Positions 1-63,611 of a stretch of 64,000 nt of DNA are shown in pieces. The stretch lies in assembly GCF_009914755.1 (NCBI RefSeq), contig NC_060934.1; one strand, 5' to 3'. The position numbers and the translations under genes are program-made. Position 1 is the first letter of the stretch; each line of letters begins with the position of its first letter. Below the pieces are notes generated by a model. The model was not told the origin of the DNA. It was given only the letters and a program-made list of their open reading frames with translations, and did not search any database. This DNA comes from the human T2T-CHM13v2.0 reference genome, Homo sapiens.

Positions 1-1047
1 TTGTAAGTTGGATTCCTAGGTATACCACTTGCTACTTATTAATAAAGCTTTTTTGATGTTGAATATGAGAAATTTGAAAAGGCATATTCTGCATTTTTGT
101 TCTCCTGGTATTTACCTGGGATCATAAAATTTTAGAGAAGATTGCTCTTTTTACTTACCTCCAAACAGATCTTTTGAAGATCTTTGCCAAGGAAAACCTA
201 GTTTTTAAACAAAATATCCTACAGCTGATGTTCCTCATGCTCGTACCTGGAGATTAATAGGGTGTCCCTCATTACTTCATACTGAACGTGAAAGAGGCCT
301 AGCTTTCATCAGGTGGTCCTCTGCCTCAGTGAGCGGTGAGATCATCCGTAAAGACTGTGAAATAGGAAGTGGCTATTGATTTCCCTTCTTAGGTTATATA
401 TTAATTCAATATTCTGAATGCCCATGGAATCATAAGTGTTCAATGAATGAATCAATGAGCAACTTAAGGGATTTACAGTTTAAGGGAGCAATTTTATATG
501 AAATTCTTCAGAAAGATTTAATCAGATGGTACCAGCCGCTTAAAATGCAGTTTTATAAATCAGCTCTTTTTCCTCAAGAAACTTAATATTCTTCCATGGT
601 AAAGGCAAATAAGTTTATGGCATAGTTTTCACTAAGAGAGAATAGCAATATTTGTCACAAAAATGCTTTAAGATTCAAACTTTTAAAAAAAAAACTTGGA
701 CAGTACAAAATATTGATATATTTTCTATTCAAGTGACTATTTGTGGTTAAGCCTCTTCTGCACAGTATGATGAACCAAGTATGTAGCTCTACTGTATTTT
801 GTAATAAATGGTGAGATTTCCTCATTTTAAATTTTGTTGTGAATAAAGAATATGTTAAATATCTATAATATGTTTAAATATATGTTTGTGTATTTATAGG
901 TTAAGTATAACATAACATGTTAATATATAGGGCTTTTTTTGTATTTTATCTTTACATACGATGAAGATGACTCAGTCTATTACACTTAATTTTGAGACAC
1001 AGCATTCTTCTAAAAGTAAACAACTGAAAATTATTTTTATTCTCTAG

Positions 1048-5571
<4,524 letters not shown>

Positions 5572-5683
5572 TGTTTTAGAGAAATCAAGAATTTTTAAAA
5601 ACAAGAATATCAACATTTGGTTTTGTGTATAAGTGGTGTTTGTATTAAAATACTTTTTCAATGAACTGTATAAACTATGTTTT

Positions 5684-5689
5684 ATTAAA
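5684..5689 (+). terminator. Probable HSPA14 poly(A) signal ATTAAA (second ATTAAA at 5644-5649)
   Basis: ATTAAA about 110 nt after the stop, followed by GT/T-rich sequence. Confidence 0.6.
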
Positions 5690-5945
5690 CTACAATATAT
5701 CAGTAAGTGTTGCAACCCTTTGTTTTTGACGTACAGTAACCTCTTATTACTGGGAAATATAAGGAAGTTTTTTTTTTTTTTTATCATGAAGCTGTTTAGA
5801 ATTAAACTGAGTTGGTTAAAGAATTTTCTATAACATTTAATTTGTAAAAGTCTTCTATTGATTCTTGTTAGATAACCAAGAGAACAATTAAAAGTCATTG
5901 ACATTAATTGAAAAAAATTTCAGGACCACATAGAAAGTAAGATGC

Positions 5946-6255
5946 CTTTTTTTGTTGGTTTTTGTTTTTAGAGACAGGATTTTGCACTGCCACCGAGGCT
6001 CAAGTGCAGTGGTGGGATCATATCTCACAGCAGCCTCGAACTGCTGGGCTCAAGCAGTCTTCCTGCCTTAGCCTCCCTTGTAGCCGGGACTACAGATGTG
6101 CACCATCACACCTGGCAATTTTTTTTTTTTTTTTTTTTTTTTTGGAGAGACGGGTCTTGCTATGTTGCCCAGGATGGTCCCAAACTGCTGGTCTCAAGCA
6201 GTCCTCCCGCCTTAGCCCCACAAAGTGCTGGGATTACAGGCATAAGCGACAGCCA
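5946..6255 (-). mobile_element. AluJ
   Basis: Diverged Alu with GGGCTCAAGCAG J-type motifs. Confidence 0.85.
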
Positions 6256-6374
6256 TTTTTTAAGTAAACTGATAAACTCAACAACTAGGAGAGGGGCTTT
6301 TACTTTTTACAGTTTTGTTTAGTTTATTTCTTCCAACAAACATGTTTTTCTTTTGAAATTAAAAGATCTCTTTA

Positions 6375-6667
<293 letters not shown>

Positions 6668-7164
6668 TCTCTTTAGTTTGAAGAGAAGGCTAGCCACATT
6701 CTGTTTACCAGAGAATATTCACTAGAGCCCTGAGATCCTCAGTGGGTTCCAGTGAAAACTTATTCATGTTGGCTGCTATGGAGTTAGTTGGTAGTACCCT
6801 TCTAAAAGTTTTTAAAGATCCAGAAACCAAACTTAAATTTTTTCATCATTATTTTGCATCAAATTATTGACAGAACCATGAAGAGAATTCAGATATGATT
6901 TTAAGTCCACAGAGTCTTTAAATACAGAAGCAGCTTTAAAGGTGTACTCTTTGTCCTAAGTTATTAGTTATTTCTTAGGATCTTTTTCCAAAGTCATAGA
7001 AAATTTGAAATAAAAGTGATTTTGGTATAAGCAATTCAGTGGCTTCAGAACACAGGAAAACACCAACTGAACTAGTTCTACTGCTAGGTCTACATGCTTT
7101 CAATTATGCTTTGAAAAACTTTTAGGATTTTATTTTGTGGTTATTGTTAGCTTTTAAAATAGAT

Positions 7165-7382
7165 CTGGGGTGCCAAACTATGGCCAGTGAGTCAGATCTA
7201 TCTCACCCCTGTTTTCATAGATAAAATTTTATTAGAACACAGTCACACTCTAATTGTATATGGGCTGGCTGTGGCGGTTTTCACATTAGAGTGGCAGAGA
7301 TGAATAGTTGCACAAAGGCTGTGTGGCCCACAAAGCTTAAAATATTTACTGTCTGGCCTTCTACATAAAAAATTTGACACCT
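7165..7382. mobile_element. MER58A-like hAT-Charlie DNA transposon
   Basis: GGGGTGCCAAACTATGGCC...TTTTATTAGAACACAG...AAATATTTACTGTCTGGCC motifs recalled from MER58. Confidence 0.7.
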
Positions 7383-8478
7383 AAAGTACATTATTGAAAC
7401 TTATAGAATAAAATAACTTCTTCTAAAGTTTTCTGCTATATTTATGTAATGCTTTACTTATTGGCTCCTTTCCCCACTAGATTATTAAGCATTGTGAGAG
7501 CAGATACTCTCAGTCTTAGTCACCATTTTGCCTCAGCCCCTACAACAGTACGTGAGCATAGTGGGTGTTCCTAAGTGCTTATCAAATAAATGAATTATGT
7601 GGAAGAAAAAATAATGTCATGTTTGTATGCTACAGGACAATGGCCAGTGAGTAGTACATCTGTTGTATATTTTATGGTTTGTTTAGAAACATAAGGAAGG
7701 AAAGGAATAGCACTGCTGACTTTATTGGTCAGCTTTGCATGTTTGTTTGGTTGTTTTCCCCTAGACTTATCAAATTTGAAATTGTCATCAATAAGTCCTC
7801 TACTGCCTAATGAAATTCTTCCACATTTTTTCGTACCCTCAGGTGATAAGTTTTTTCCTTGTGAATTTTTGAAAGATTTGCTGACAAAATTTTCTAGTGT
7901 TTTTTTATTTTTCAAGGTGAAAATAGCTTTAAATTTTTTGTTTGTAAGAATGATACATAGTCAATATAAAATTCAAATTCCAAAAGAAAAAAATATAAAA
8001 CATTCTTTATTCTACCATCCAGAATAGTAACTATAAAGATTTTTGGTGAGTACCTTGATAATCTTTTCATGTACATCCTAGTTATCTTTGTTATATGTAT
8101 GTCGTAGCAAAGATAATTGGGATGTACATGAGATACATGCAATTTATACTCATGAAATGTAAATATATTTCATGAAGTTTAAATATGTATATATTTAAAT
8201 GTGGGGAAAGTAGTCAAGTAAGTGAAGTATTACATAAATATGGAAGAAAAGTTTTGAAGAAGTCATTTTATTGTGGAAGTTTCAATAATCTACCTCGGGT
8301 CAAGTTTTTTATATAAAAGGCCAGATAGTAAATATATACATATTTAAACTTAAACACTTTTACCACTAAAAGCTTATGTCAAATTATAGTTTTGCCTATT
8401 TACATCTGACATTGTCTGAAGAACAGAGCCAAATATAAAAATAGGAAGAAATACCTATGATGTGAAAGTCTTGGAACG

Positions 8479-8842
8479 TGTCTTAGTTTGGACTGCTATA
8501 ATAAAGTACCATAGTCTGGGGGGTGGCTTGTAAACATCAGAAATGTATCATAGTTCTGGAGGCTGGAAGTCAGTTCGGGTGCTGGACCAGGCTGGAAGCG
8601 GGGCCGGGTTCTGATGAGGGCTCCCTTTTGGGTTGCCAGCTATCCTTATAACCTCACACGGAGGATAGAGGGCGAGAGAGCTCTGAAGGGTCCCTCTTGT
8701 AAGGGTGTCAATCCCATGCATGCAGCCTCCACCTTCATGATTTAATCACCTCCCAAAGGCCCCACCTCCCAATATAATCACTTTGGGGGCGAGGATTTCA
8801 ACACTGGAATTTTTCAGAGATGAAAACGTTCAGTCCTTAACA
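8479..8842 (-). mobile_element. MaLR solo LTR (MLT1A/MST-like)
   Basis: TGTCTTAGTTTGGACTGCTATAA...TTCTGGAGGCTGGAAGTC...CAAAGGCCCCACCTCCCAATA...TTCAGTCCTTAACA; TG...CA ends. Confidence 0.75.
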
Positions 8843-9449
8843 GGAGGTCACAAAATATTCATCACAAACTGAAAGCTTTTATATGTATAAGAATTCTTAA
8901 AAGTATCCTAGCATAAAAGTTCTATGGGAAAAATCACAATATCTAAAATGATAATGAGTGACCATATAATACTGTTATTTGCTTTAATTCATTATCTCAT
9001 TTTAAAATTTTGATCTCATCACAATTCCACGAGTAGTTGTACTATGTAGAGAGTAATATGGCCTTGGTTATTTCTGTTTTCCAGATAATAGATTCACAGC
9101 AGTTAAATAAAGTATCCAAGGTCTCACAGTGAATAAATGGTGGATTTTGAACTAACATTCAGATGCTTATTTTGTAAACTTAATTTTTCTTGACTGCTTA
9201 CTATTTTAAGCACATTACATGGATTATTTCATTTAAATTCACATTCTTAATCTAGTGTTCATTCTATGATTCTTTGCCTCTCAGAAGAGAACGTTTATTT
9301 CAGTAGAAGAGGAGACACTCCAGAAATCATGTGGTCTTTGTGAAAAAAATACTGGGAAAGGGTCATGATTCTCTACTTTTCCCTTGAGGACCCTGGTGTG
9401 TGTCTCTCAGTGGCTTTTTATTTCTCTCTCCATTTATAGCCAGGATTTA

Positions 9450-10192
<743 letters not shown>

Positions 10193-11332
10193 TCTAGATA
10201 GTAAACACGGTGATGAATGTTGAACAGACAGGGCCTCATCTATGCGCTGGAATGGATGGGATTCAAGACACGAAACGAAACACTGGATTTACAAAATAGT
10301 GCGATGCATTCATTATGAATCAAGACCAAAGAACAAAAACCCGACAAGATAATTGCAAATTTTGATGAGTGCTTTTTAAGGATGCAAAGTAGGGCTAAAG
10401 AATGAGGTAACATGCGAGGCCTCTGTCAATAGGTGGTGTTTAAGCTGAGACCCAAGTGATCTGAAGGTAGCCATGTGAGGAGGGGAAGGAGCCTGTCCTC
10501 TTAACCGGAAAGTAATTTCCAGCTGCCTTCAGTGATTTGCTTTATCCGCTGCTCCTGTCACTAGGAAGTCAGCTCCATGAGGACTGGGTCTTTTTTCTTT
10601 CTCATCCACTGCTATATTCCCAGCACCTATCAGGTGCCTGGCACATAGGAGATGCACAGTAAAAGATTTCTGGGTAAGTGGGGCCGGGGAAAGGCCAGGA
10701 AAATGAGTAAAGGGGAGAGTGGCACCAAGTGAGGTGAGACAGGATTCCCATCACTGGAGGCCCTGCCGGCCATCTGGAGGTTTGAGTTTTATTCTGAATG
10801 CTACGAAGTTCAGAAGTGTATTTTTCCGGATATGTTCAATTTGAGATGTTTGTGCAACACCTAAGGGCATATGTCCATTACGCACTGTGGATATTCTAGC
10901 CTGGAATTCAGGCAGAGGCCAGGGCCGGAGACGATAAGTGAGGCATCTTGTGTGTCAAGATGCTATTTAAATCCATGGGAATTGGGGCAGTCACATAGGG
11001 AGAGGGCGGAAAAGAAATGCAGTCCCAGGACTACAGTCTCTTCTCTGAGGAACCCAGGTTGGACTGAGGAAAAGGAGCCAAAAAGGATTCAAGAGTGGCC
11101 AGTGAGTAGCGATGGCCGCTCCTTGGTGGGCTCTGAAAACATACAGGAGAGGTAATGAATACAGGGGCCGGTTAGGACGGGAGGCTGTATCCAAGTCTGA
11201 AGGCATAATCCTAGATAGACTAAGCCTTAAAGGGCCTGGATGCTCTTCCAGGTGACAGGGTTGGACAGGGCCTTTTATTCCTTATCTCAAGGTAATGAGA
11301 TATGGAATACAAAATTTACTAAGGACTCAAAT

Positions 11333-11462
11333 CTTAGAAACATGTCTGAGAAATGCAGTTGCATTGAAACACACACGGACTGCAGAACAGTATTTGTATT
11401 ATGATGCCGTTTGTAGCTAAATAAAGTCTGGGAGCATGAGTGTGTGTGAGGAAGTGGTGTTT
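11333..11462 (+). repeat. Copy 2 of the dispersed direct repeat (short CA run)
   Basis: CTTAGAAACATGTCTGAGAAATGCAGTTGCATT...GGACTGCAGAACAGTATTTGTATTA...AAGTCTGGGAGCATGAGTGTGTGTGAGGA shared with 2434-2579. Confidence 0.9.
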
Positions 11463-12049
11463 CCCATCGTAGAAAATGATTAAATATTTAAAAACGAGAA
11501 GTTAAAAAGAAAATCACTCCGAAAAGGCTATTTCGTTATTTTCCTATACATTTTTTTCTTCCATAGTTAAAACTATATTTCAGGGGGATTTGTTTTGGTT
11601 TTGCTGAATACTAAAAGCTTCATGAACACCTTTTTAAGACGGCTAGACAGTATTTCATAATGGAATCAAATAATTAACTATTCCTTTAATGGTCTGCGTT
11701 CATTTCCAGTATTTCAAATTTATACATACTGCTTTGAAACGTTTATGTAATTTTTTACATGAATTTTTTAAGGAGATATCAAATGGCCTTCTGCCAGTTT
11801 TCGTTATTTGCTCTAAGATTTCTGCTTTAGGTTGTTTAGAACAATCATGGATGCAGCGTCAAGAATGGGTGGGGGAGGGGGGTGGAGACCAGGTGGGAGG
11901 CCCCTGGAGTCGTCCTGCAGCTTCCTTACTAACGTGTCCTTCTCCTCCCGGCCCCCACCCGCCACCAGGCCGAGCTCAGGAGCTTGGCAACAACATGGGA
12001 GGGGAGCTCGGGTCCCCTTACAGACCTACCCAATCCCAATTTACATTAA

Positions 12050-12142
12050 AGTTGAGCCCAGGAGGTCTAGTCTGCAGTGAGCCGTAATCGCGCCACTGCA
12101 CTCCAGCCTGGGTGACAGAGTGAGACCTCATCTCTTAAAAAA
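12050..12142 (+). mobile_element. Alu right-arm fragment
   Basis: TTGAGCCCAGGAGG...GCAGTGAGCCG...CTCCAGCCTGGGTGACAGAGTGAGAC. Confidence 0.85.
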
Positions 12143-12672
12143 TTCCAAGTCCAGCTCCCCCACCCCCGACGATTCGTAAGCCCCTTTAAGTGAGAAGCAC
12201 TGATGTGGACCGGTGGTTTCCGCTGTGCCGCACATTAGGATCAGCTGGGAGCTGGATAGCACAGGCCACACCCCACACCAACCAGTCGGAATCCCGGCGA
12301 CTGCCCCAAGCCAGCGGAACCTCTCCAGCCATGCCCACGTGCAGCCGCTTCCGAAGCCCGGAGCTCTAGAGGGAGCGGTGTCGGGGGGAGACTAACCATG
12401 GCCCACGGGGCTGCGGTAGCTGCGGAACCGTACCCGACAGGCAGCGTCCCCGGCTCCCTAGGTCCCCGCTGCCCGTGTCGGATCTCGCAGTGTGCGAGTG
12501 CTGCCGAAGTAAGACGTCTCCAAAGCGCAAAGTCCTGGCCGACGTCTTCCCGAGTGAAGGCGCCAAACGGGCCTGGCGAAGGGAAGGGGGCGCCGGACAC
12601 TGCCGAGGATCCGGGAGCACGCGCGCTCGCCCCGCCCCGCTCCTCGCGCTTGGGGCCGGGCCTAGCTTTGGG

Positions 12673-12853
12673 GCGCAGGCGCGCTGGCCGCCGCGGCGGG
12701 GGGTCGGCCGCCAGTGACGTCAGGACGCCGTGCGGGTTCCGTCCCCCAACAAGCCCCGGCCCCCAAGTCCCGCGCGGGCCGGCCAGGGGCGGGGCGTCGG
12801 GCCAGCTGAGCTATCCCGTCAGACCGCGCCAGTTTGAATGAAAGCTCTACAAG

Positions 12854-12862
<9 letters not shown>
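12673..12862 (+). promoter_or_regulatory. Core promoter motif cluster: NRF1-like GCGCAGGCGC (12673-12682), CRE TGACGTCA (12715-12722), GC box (12786-12795), CDE/CHR-like CCGCG-ccag-TTTGAA (12824-12838), YY1 AAGATGGCGGC (12851-12861) over the ATG
   Basis: Consensus matches read directly; occupancy not shown. Confidence 0.65.
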
Positions 12863-36476
<23,614 letters not shown>

Positions 36477-37982
36477 ACTTTTTCAGGAAATAGAGCTGAT
36501 GATTATAATATTTTTTTCCTAATGTTAACATTTTTAAAAATACATATTTGGGACTCTTATTATCAAGGTTCTACCTATGTTAATTTACAATTCATGTTTC
36601 AAGACATTTGCCAAATGTATTACCGATGCCTCTGAAAAGGGGGTCACTGGGTCTCATAGACTGATATGAAGTCGACATATTTATAGTGCTTAGAGACCAA
36701 ACTAATGGAAGGCAGACTATTTACAGCTTAGTATATGTGTACTTAAGTCTATGTGAACAGAGAAATGCCTCCCGTAGTGTTTGAAAGCGTTAAGCTGATA
36801 ATGTAATTAACAACTGCTGAGAGATCAAAGATTCAACTTGCCATACACCTCAAATTCGGAGAAACAGTTAATTTGGGCAAATCTACAGTTCTGTTTTTGC
36901 TACTCTATTGTCATTCCTGTTTAATACTCACTGTACTTGTATTTGAGACAAATAGGTGATACTGAATTTTATACTGTTTTCTACTTTTCCATTAAAACAT
37001 TGGCACCTCAATGATAAAGAAATTTAAGGTATAAAATTAAATGTAAAAATTAATTTCAGCTTCATTTCGTATTTCGAAGCAATCTAGACTGTTGTGATGA
37101 GTGTATGTCTGAACCTGTAATTCTTAAAAGACTTCTTAATCTTCTAGAAGAAAAATCTCCGAAGAGCTCTCTCTAGAAGTCCAAAATGGCTAGCCATTAT
37201 GCTTCTTTGAAAGGACATGATAATGGGACCAGGATGGTTTTTTGGAGTACCAAGCAAGGGGAATGGAGCACTTTAAGGGCGCCTGTTAGTAACATGAATT
37301 GGAAATCTGTGTCGAGTACCTCTGATCTAAACGGTAAAACAAGCTGCCTGGAGAGCAGCTGTACCTAACAATACTGTAATGTACATTAACATTACAGCCT
37401 CTCAATTTCAGGCAGGTGTAACAGTTCCTTTCCACCAGATTTAATATTTTTATACTTCCTGCAGGTTCTTCTTAAAAAGTAATCTATATTTTTGAACTGA
37501 TACTTGTTTTATACATAAATTTTTTTTAGATGTGATAAAGCTAAACTTGGCCAAAGTGTGTGCCTGAATTATTAGACCTTTTTATTAGTCAACCTACGAA
37601 GACTAAAATAGAATATATTAGTTTTCAAGGGAGTGGGAGGCTTCCAACATAGTATTGAATCTCAGGAAAAACTATTCTTTCATGTCTGATTCTGAGATTT
37701 CTAATTGTGTTGTGAAAATGATAAATGCAGCAAATCTAGCTTTCAGTATTCCTAATTTTTACCTAAGCTCATTGCTCCAGGCTTTGATTACCTAAAATAA
37801 GCTTGGATAAAATTGAACCAACTTCAAGAATGCAGCACTTCTTAATCTTTAGCTCTTTCTTGGGAGAAGCTAGACTTTATTCATTATATTGCTATGACAA
37901 CTTCACTCTTTCATAATATATAGGATAAATTGTTTACATGATTGGACCCTCAGATTCTGTTAACCAAAATTGCAGAATGGGG

Positions 37983-38275
37983 GGCCAGGCCTGTGTGGTG
38001 GCTCACACCTGTGATCCCAGCACTTTGGGAGGCTGAGGTAGGAGGATCACGTGAGGTCGGGAGTTCAAGACCAGCCTGGCCATCATGGTGAAACCCTGTC
38101 TCTACTGAAAATACAAAAATTAGCCGGGCGTGGTGGCACACGCCTGTAGTCCCAGCTACTCAGGAGGCTGAGGCAGGAGAATCACTTGAATTCAGGAGGC
38201 GGAGGTTGCAGTGAGCCAAGATCATACCACTGCACTGCAGCCTGAGTGACACAGTAAGACTGTCTCCAAAAAAAA

Positions 38276-38279
<4 letters not shown>
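37983..38279 (+). mobile_element. AluS in or at the end of the SUV39H2 3' UTR
   Basis: Full-length Alu, A12 tail followed by T28. Confidence 0.92.
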
Positions 38280-38307
<28 letters not shown>

Positions 38308-38592
38308 GCAGAATGTGTCAACAAAAAATACTTTCTTAATGGCATTTGTGTTTTAAGAAAAATCAGTCACATAGTGTCAGTGTTAAGAAAAGGTTGTAGG
38401 TTTACAGGTTGCCCCCAGTGGCCATACTTTGAATTGTGATTCTCACGGGTTTAAAGATGTGATTTTTAAAAAATCAGTGTTTTACCATCTAGTTATTTGA
38501 TCTTGTCCACTTTTTTGTGTTCAACAAAAGTGTAAAACTGGAAAGCAAAGAAAAAAAGACTATTTTCAGTAAACATGTAGTTTTGTTTTGTC

Positions 38593-38598
38593 TTTATT
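38593..38598 (-). terminator. Candidate distal DCLRE1C poly(A) signal AATAAA
   Basis: TTTATT on +; T-rich downstream element on the minus strand (38545-38560). Confidence 0.6.
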
Positions 38599-39179
38599 GA
38601 TAGAATGTAATGGGCCTTTGGGATCTTAAGTACTACTTATGTTACCTTTGTTATTCAGATGCTGAACTTAAGCAGTGAAATAATAGAAACTAAAGGATGT
38701 TATTAAGGGGTTTAACTATTTTAAGTCAACATTTAGCTTATCCATCATATTGGTTTCCTGAAGATGTCAGAATTTTTCAGTGTAAGACAAATATCAAAGG
38801 TAATAGATCCAGTTTAAAAGGTGAATCCACTGTATGTATTATATTGATACCATCATTTTCAGGATCTACATTAAGAGGATGGTGATACATAATTAGTAAT
38901 CTCAGGGTTTTTTCCCCCATATCTAAAATGTAGACAATAGTTGTTTCTCTTTTAGTTCATCAGTTTCTCTTAGCAAAATAAATTAGGTTGGGCATTTAAT
39001 GTTCTATTTACCATGGCTTAGCTTTGTTTCTGTTTTACAGTCATTTCCAGTAAGACTATAAAAGGGGCAGAAAAATACTGATGTATTGACTACGTGCTAG
39101 CAAGATTAACCGAAGGTTTATATTCAATTCCTTTAAATGTTACTTTCCTTTTAAGATAGCTTTCATGGTTCATGCATTT

Positions 39180-39219
39180 GATACTACACTTGATCTTGGC
39201 CAAAAGGCCAAGGAGTGAT
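39180..39219 (-). pseudogene. 3'-truncated U2 snRNA retropseudogene (U2 nt 1-40)
   Basis: Reverse complement ATCACTCCTTGGCCTTTTGGCCAAGATCAAGTGTAGTATC vs U2 ATCGCTTCTCGGCCTTTTGGCTAAGATCAAGTGTAGTATC (36/40); 15-bp TSD GGTTCATGCATTTGA at 39167-39181 and 39220-39234. Confidence 0.92.
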
Positions 39220-39558
39220 GGTTCATGCATTTGAATATTAAAGGACAATTTGACATTTCGCTAGCATAATGTGGATGAATACTTCAGAAATTTTTGAGCA
39301 TTGTCACTCACCAGGTACGTAAACATACTATGGTAAGTACTGCCTAGAAATGCAAAGGAATTTTAGAATTCAGAGCTCATATTCATTGACCCAGTCTTTT
39401 ATGCCTTTTATATGTATTCATGTGCTTCTAATGAACCTGTCAGGTTGGTGTAAGGTAACAAGCTTAGACTGTTAAGATAATGTCAACATGCCAAGATCAC
39501 CCAGTGAACTTTTTAAAGTATTTAATCTTCGGCTTCAGGCAGACTTTTTAAAAAACTA

Positions 39559-40280
<722 letters not shown>

Positions 40281-40841
40281 AATTTCTGGTAATCACTATC
40301 GGTTTCTTGATCACATCTGTTGTAGTTGTCTTAGCCCAATTCATTCAGCCAGCATTTATAATGCCAGACTCACATATAAAACAAACGTAACAGTATGTAA
40401 TATTAATGTGATTATAAAATAACAGGAATATATTCAGAGGAATGTTTACAGGCATTTTTTGAACAACCACTTTCGATCATAAGGTACACTGTTAAAACTA
40501 AGTTTTAGTTAACAGTGAATATATACAAATGTGTATAGTTATGTGTATACTAACTCTGAGTCTTGTTACCCTGGTTAGTCTGGTGGATCCAATACTTTTT
40601 GGTCGGATTGCCATGCAGCATCATGATAATGCATATCAAGTGTTAGTTTAACTGATCTGCAAATTGTTTTAAGTGGTGTCTCTGCTTTTGCTTCCATAAT
40701 CTATGAAATGTCACAATAACTAAGTGTTCCTGAATATCTGTTAAAACTTGTTAAAAATCCTCATACATAACACAAAAGCCTAACACATTGATGGACTTCA
40801 AGAATGTTGAATGACTCACAGAATAACACATATACTTTAGT

Positions 40842-41114
40842 TTTTTTTAATTTATTTTTCTTGAGATGGGGTCTTGCTTTGTTGCCCAGGCTGGGCACAA
40901 TCAGCTCACTGCAGTTTCAACCTCCTGGGCTCAATCCATCCTGCCACCTAAGCCTTCCAAGTAGCGAGGACTACAGGTGCACACCACCATGTCTGGCTAA
41001 CATTTTGTGGAGACAGGGTCTCCCTGTGTGTTGCCCAGGCTGGACTCAAAACCCTGAGCTCAAGCGAGCCTCCCAAAGTACTGGGATTGCAGGCAGGAGT
41101 TACTGTGCCTGGCC
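40842..41114 (-). mobile_element. AluJ whose tail carries AATAAA
   Basis: Diverged Alu; tail reads AAGAAAAATAAATTAAAAAAAA on the minus strand. Confidence 0.85.
40851..40856 (-). terminator. Candidate proximal DCLRE1C poly(A) signal AATAAA (Alu-tail derived)
   Basis: TTTATT on +; GT-rich sequence (GTATATGTGTTATTCTGTG) downstream on the minus strand. Confidence 0.6.
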
Positions 41115-41309
41115 ACCATTTAATTCTTGAGCATTTTCTTTTATATTCTAATTGTCCGCTTCTAATTTGGCCACCGTATTCACATCAAGGTTAAGTGACT
41201 TAACATCTTTGGGGATAAATAAGGTGCTGATTTTGTCTATAGCCATCAGTTTATCATACTAGATCCAAGTTTGTCAATTTAAATCAGGTGTGTTTATGAG
41301 CAAAGATAT

Positions 41310-42352
<1,043 letters not shown>

Positions 42353-42371
42353 GTTGAAACGCTTTGAATTC

Positions 42372-62117
<19,746 letters not shown>

Positions 62118-62751
62118 CTAAAAAAGATAAAAAGCATAGAAAAACAGTTCTACATTTTCTACAAATCTGTTGTAGGCAGAGTCTCAAAAACAAAAGTAGA
62201 AAAGTTTCCAGACACGAAAAAATAAAAAATAAAAAAAAAGCAGCAAAACAATGTAGACATGAAGAAACAATCAGATAATTCCAAATTGGGGAATATTGTG
62301 CAAAACAACTGGGCTGGACTCTTCAAAACCATCAATGTGAAGACAAGCAAAAGGCTAGACAAACGATCTATATATCAAAGGAGACCCTTTAGACCTGACT
62401 GAACGCAATGGACGACCCTCAAATAAATCCTGGATGCCCCTGTCCCCCTATTCTACAAGCTATAAAGGACACTATGGGAAGAACTGGGGACATCTGAACA
62501 CGGACTGTGTAACAGCTAATAGTACTATATGAACACAAAATGTTCTGAGGAAGGGTATTGTACTGTGGTTATATAGGAAAATGTTCTTATTCTCAAGAGC
62601 CACAGGCTGAAGGATTTGGGGTGACGTACCATGGAGTCTGTAACTACTCTCAATTGGTTTGGAGTGGGGAGTTGGTTATAAGTACAGAGACAGAGGAAGA
62701 GAGGTGCAAAGTGTTGGCAACGCAGCAAATCCAAACGAAGGGTGTATGGTG

Positions 62752-63611
<860 letters not shown>

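Noticed and set aside
39180-39219. Functional U2 snRNA gene
   Set aside because: Only 40 nt, lacking the Sm site, the 3' stem-loops and any recognisable snRNA promoter, and flanked by a TSD.
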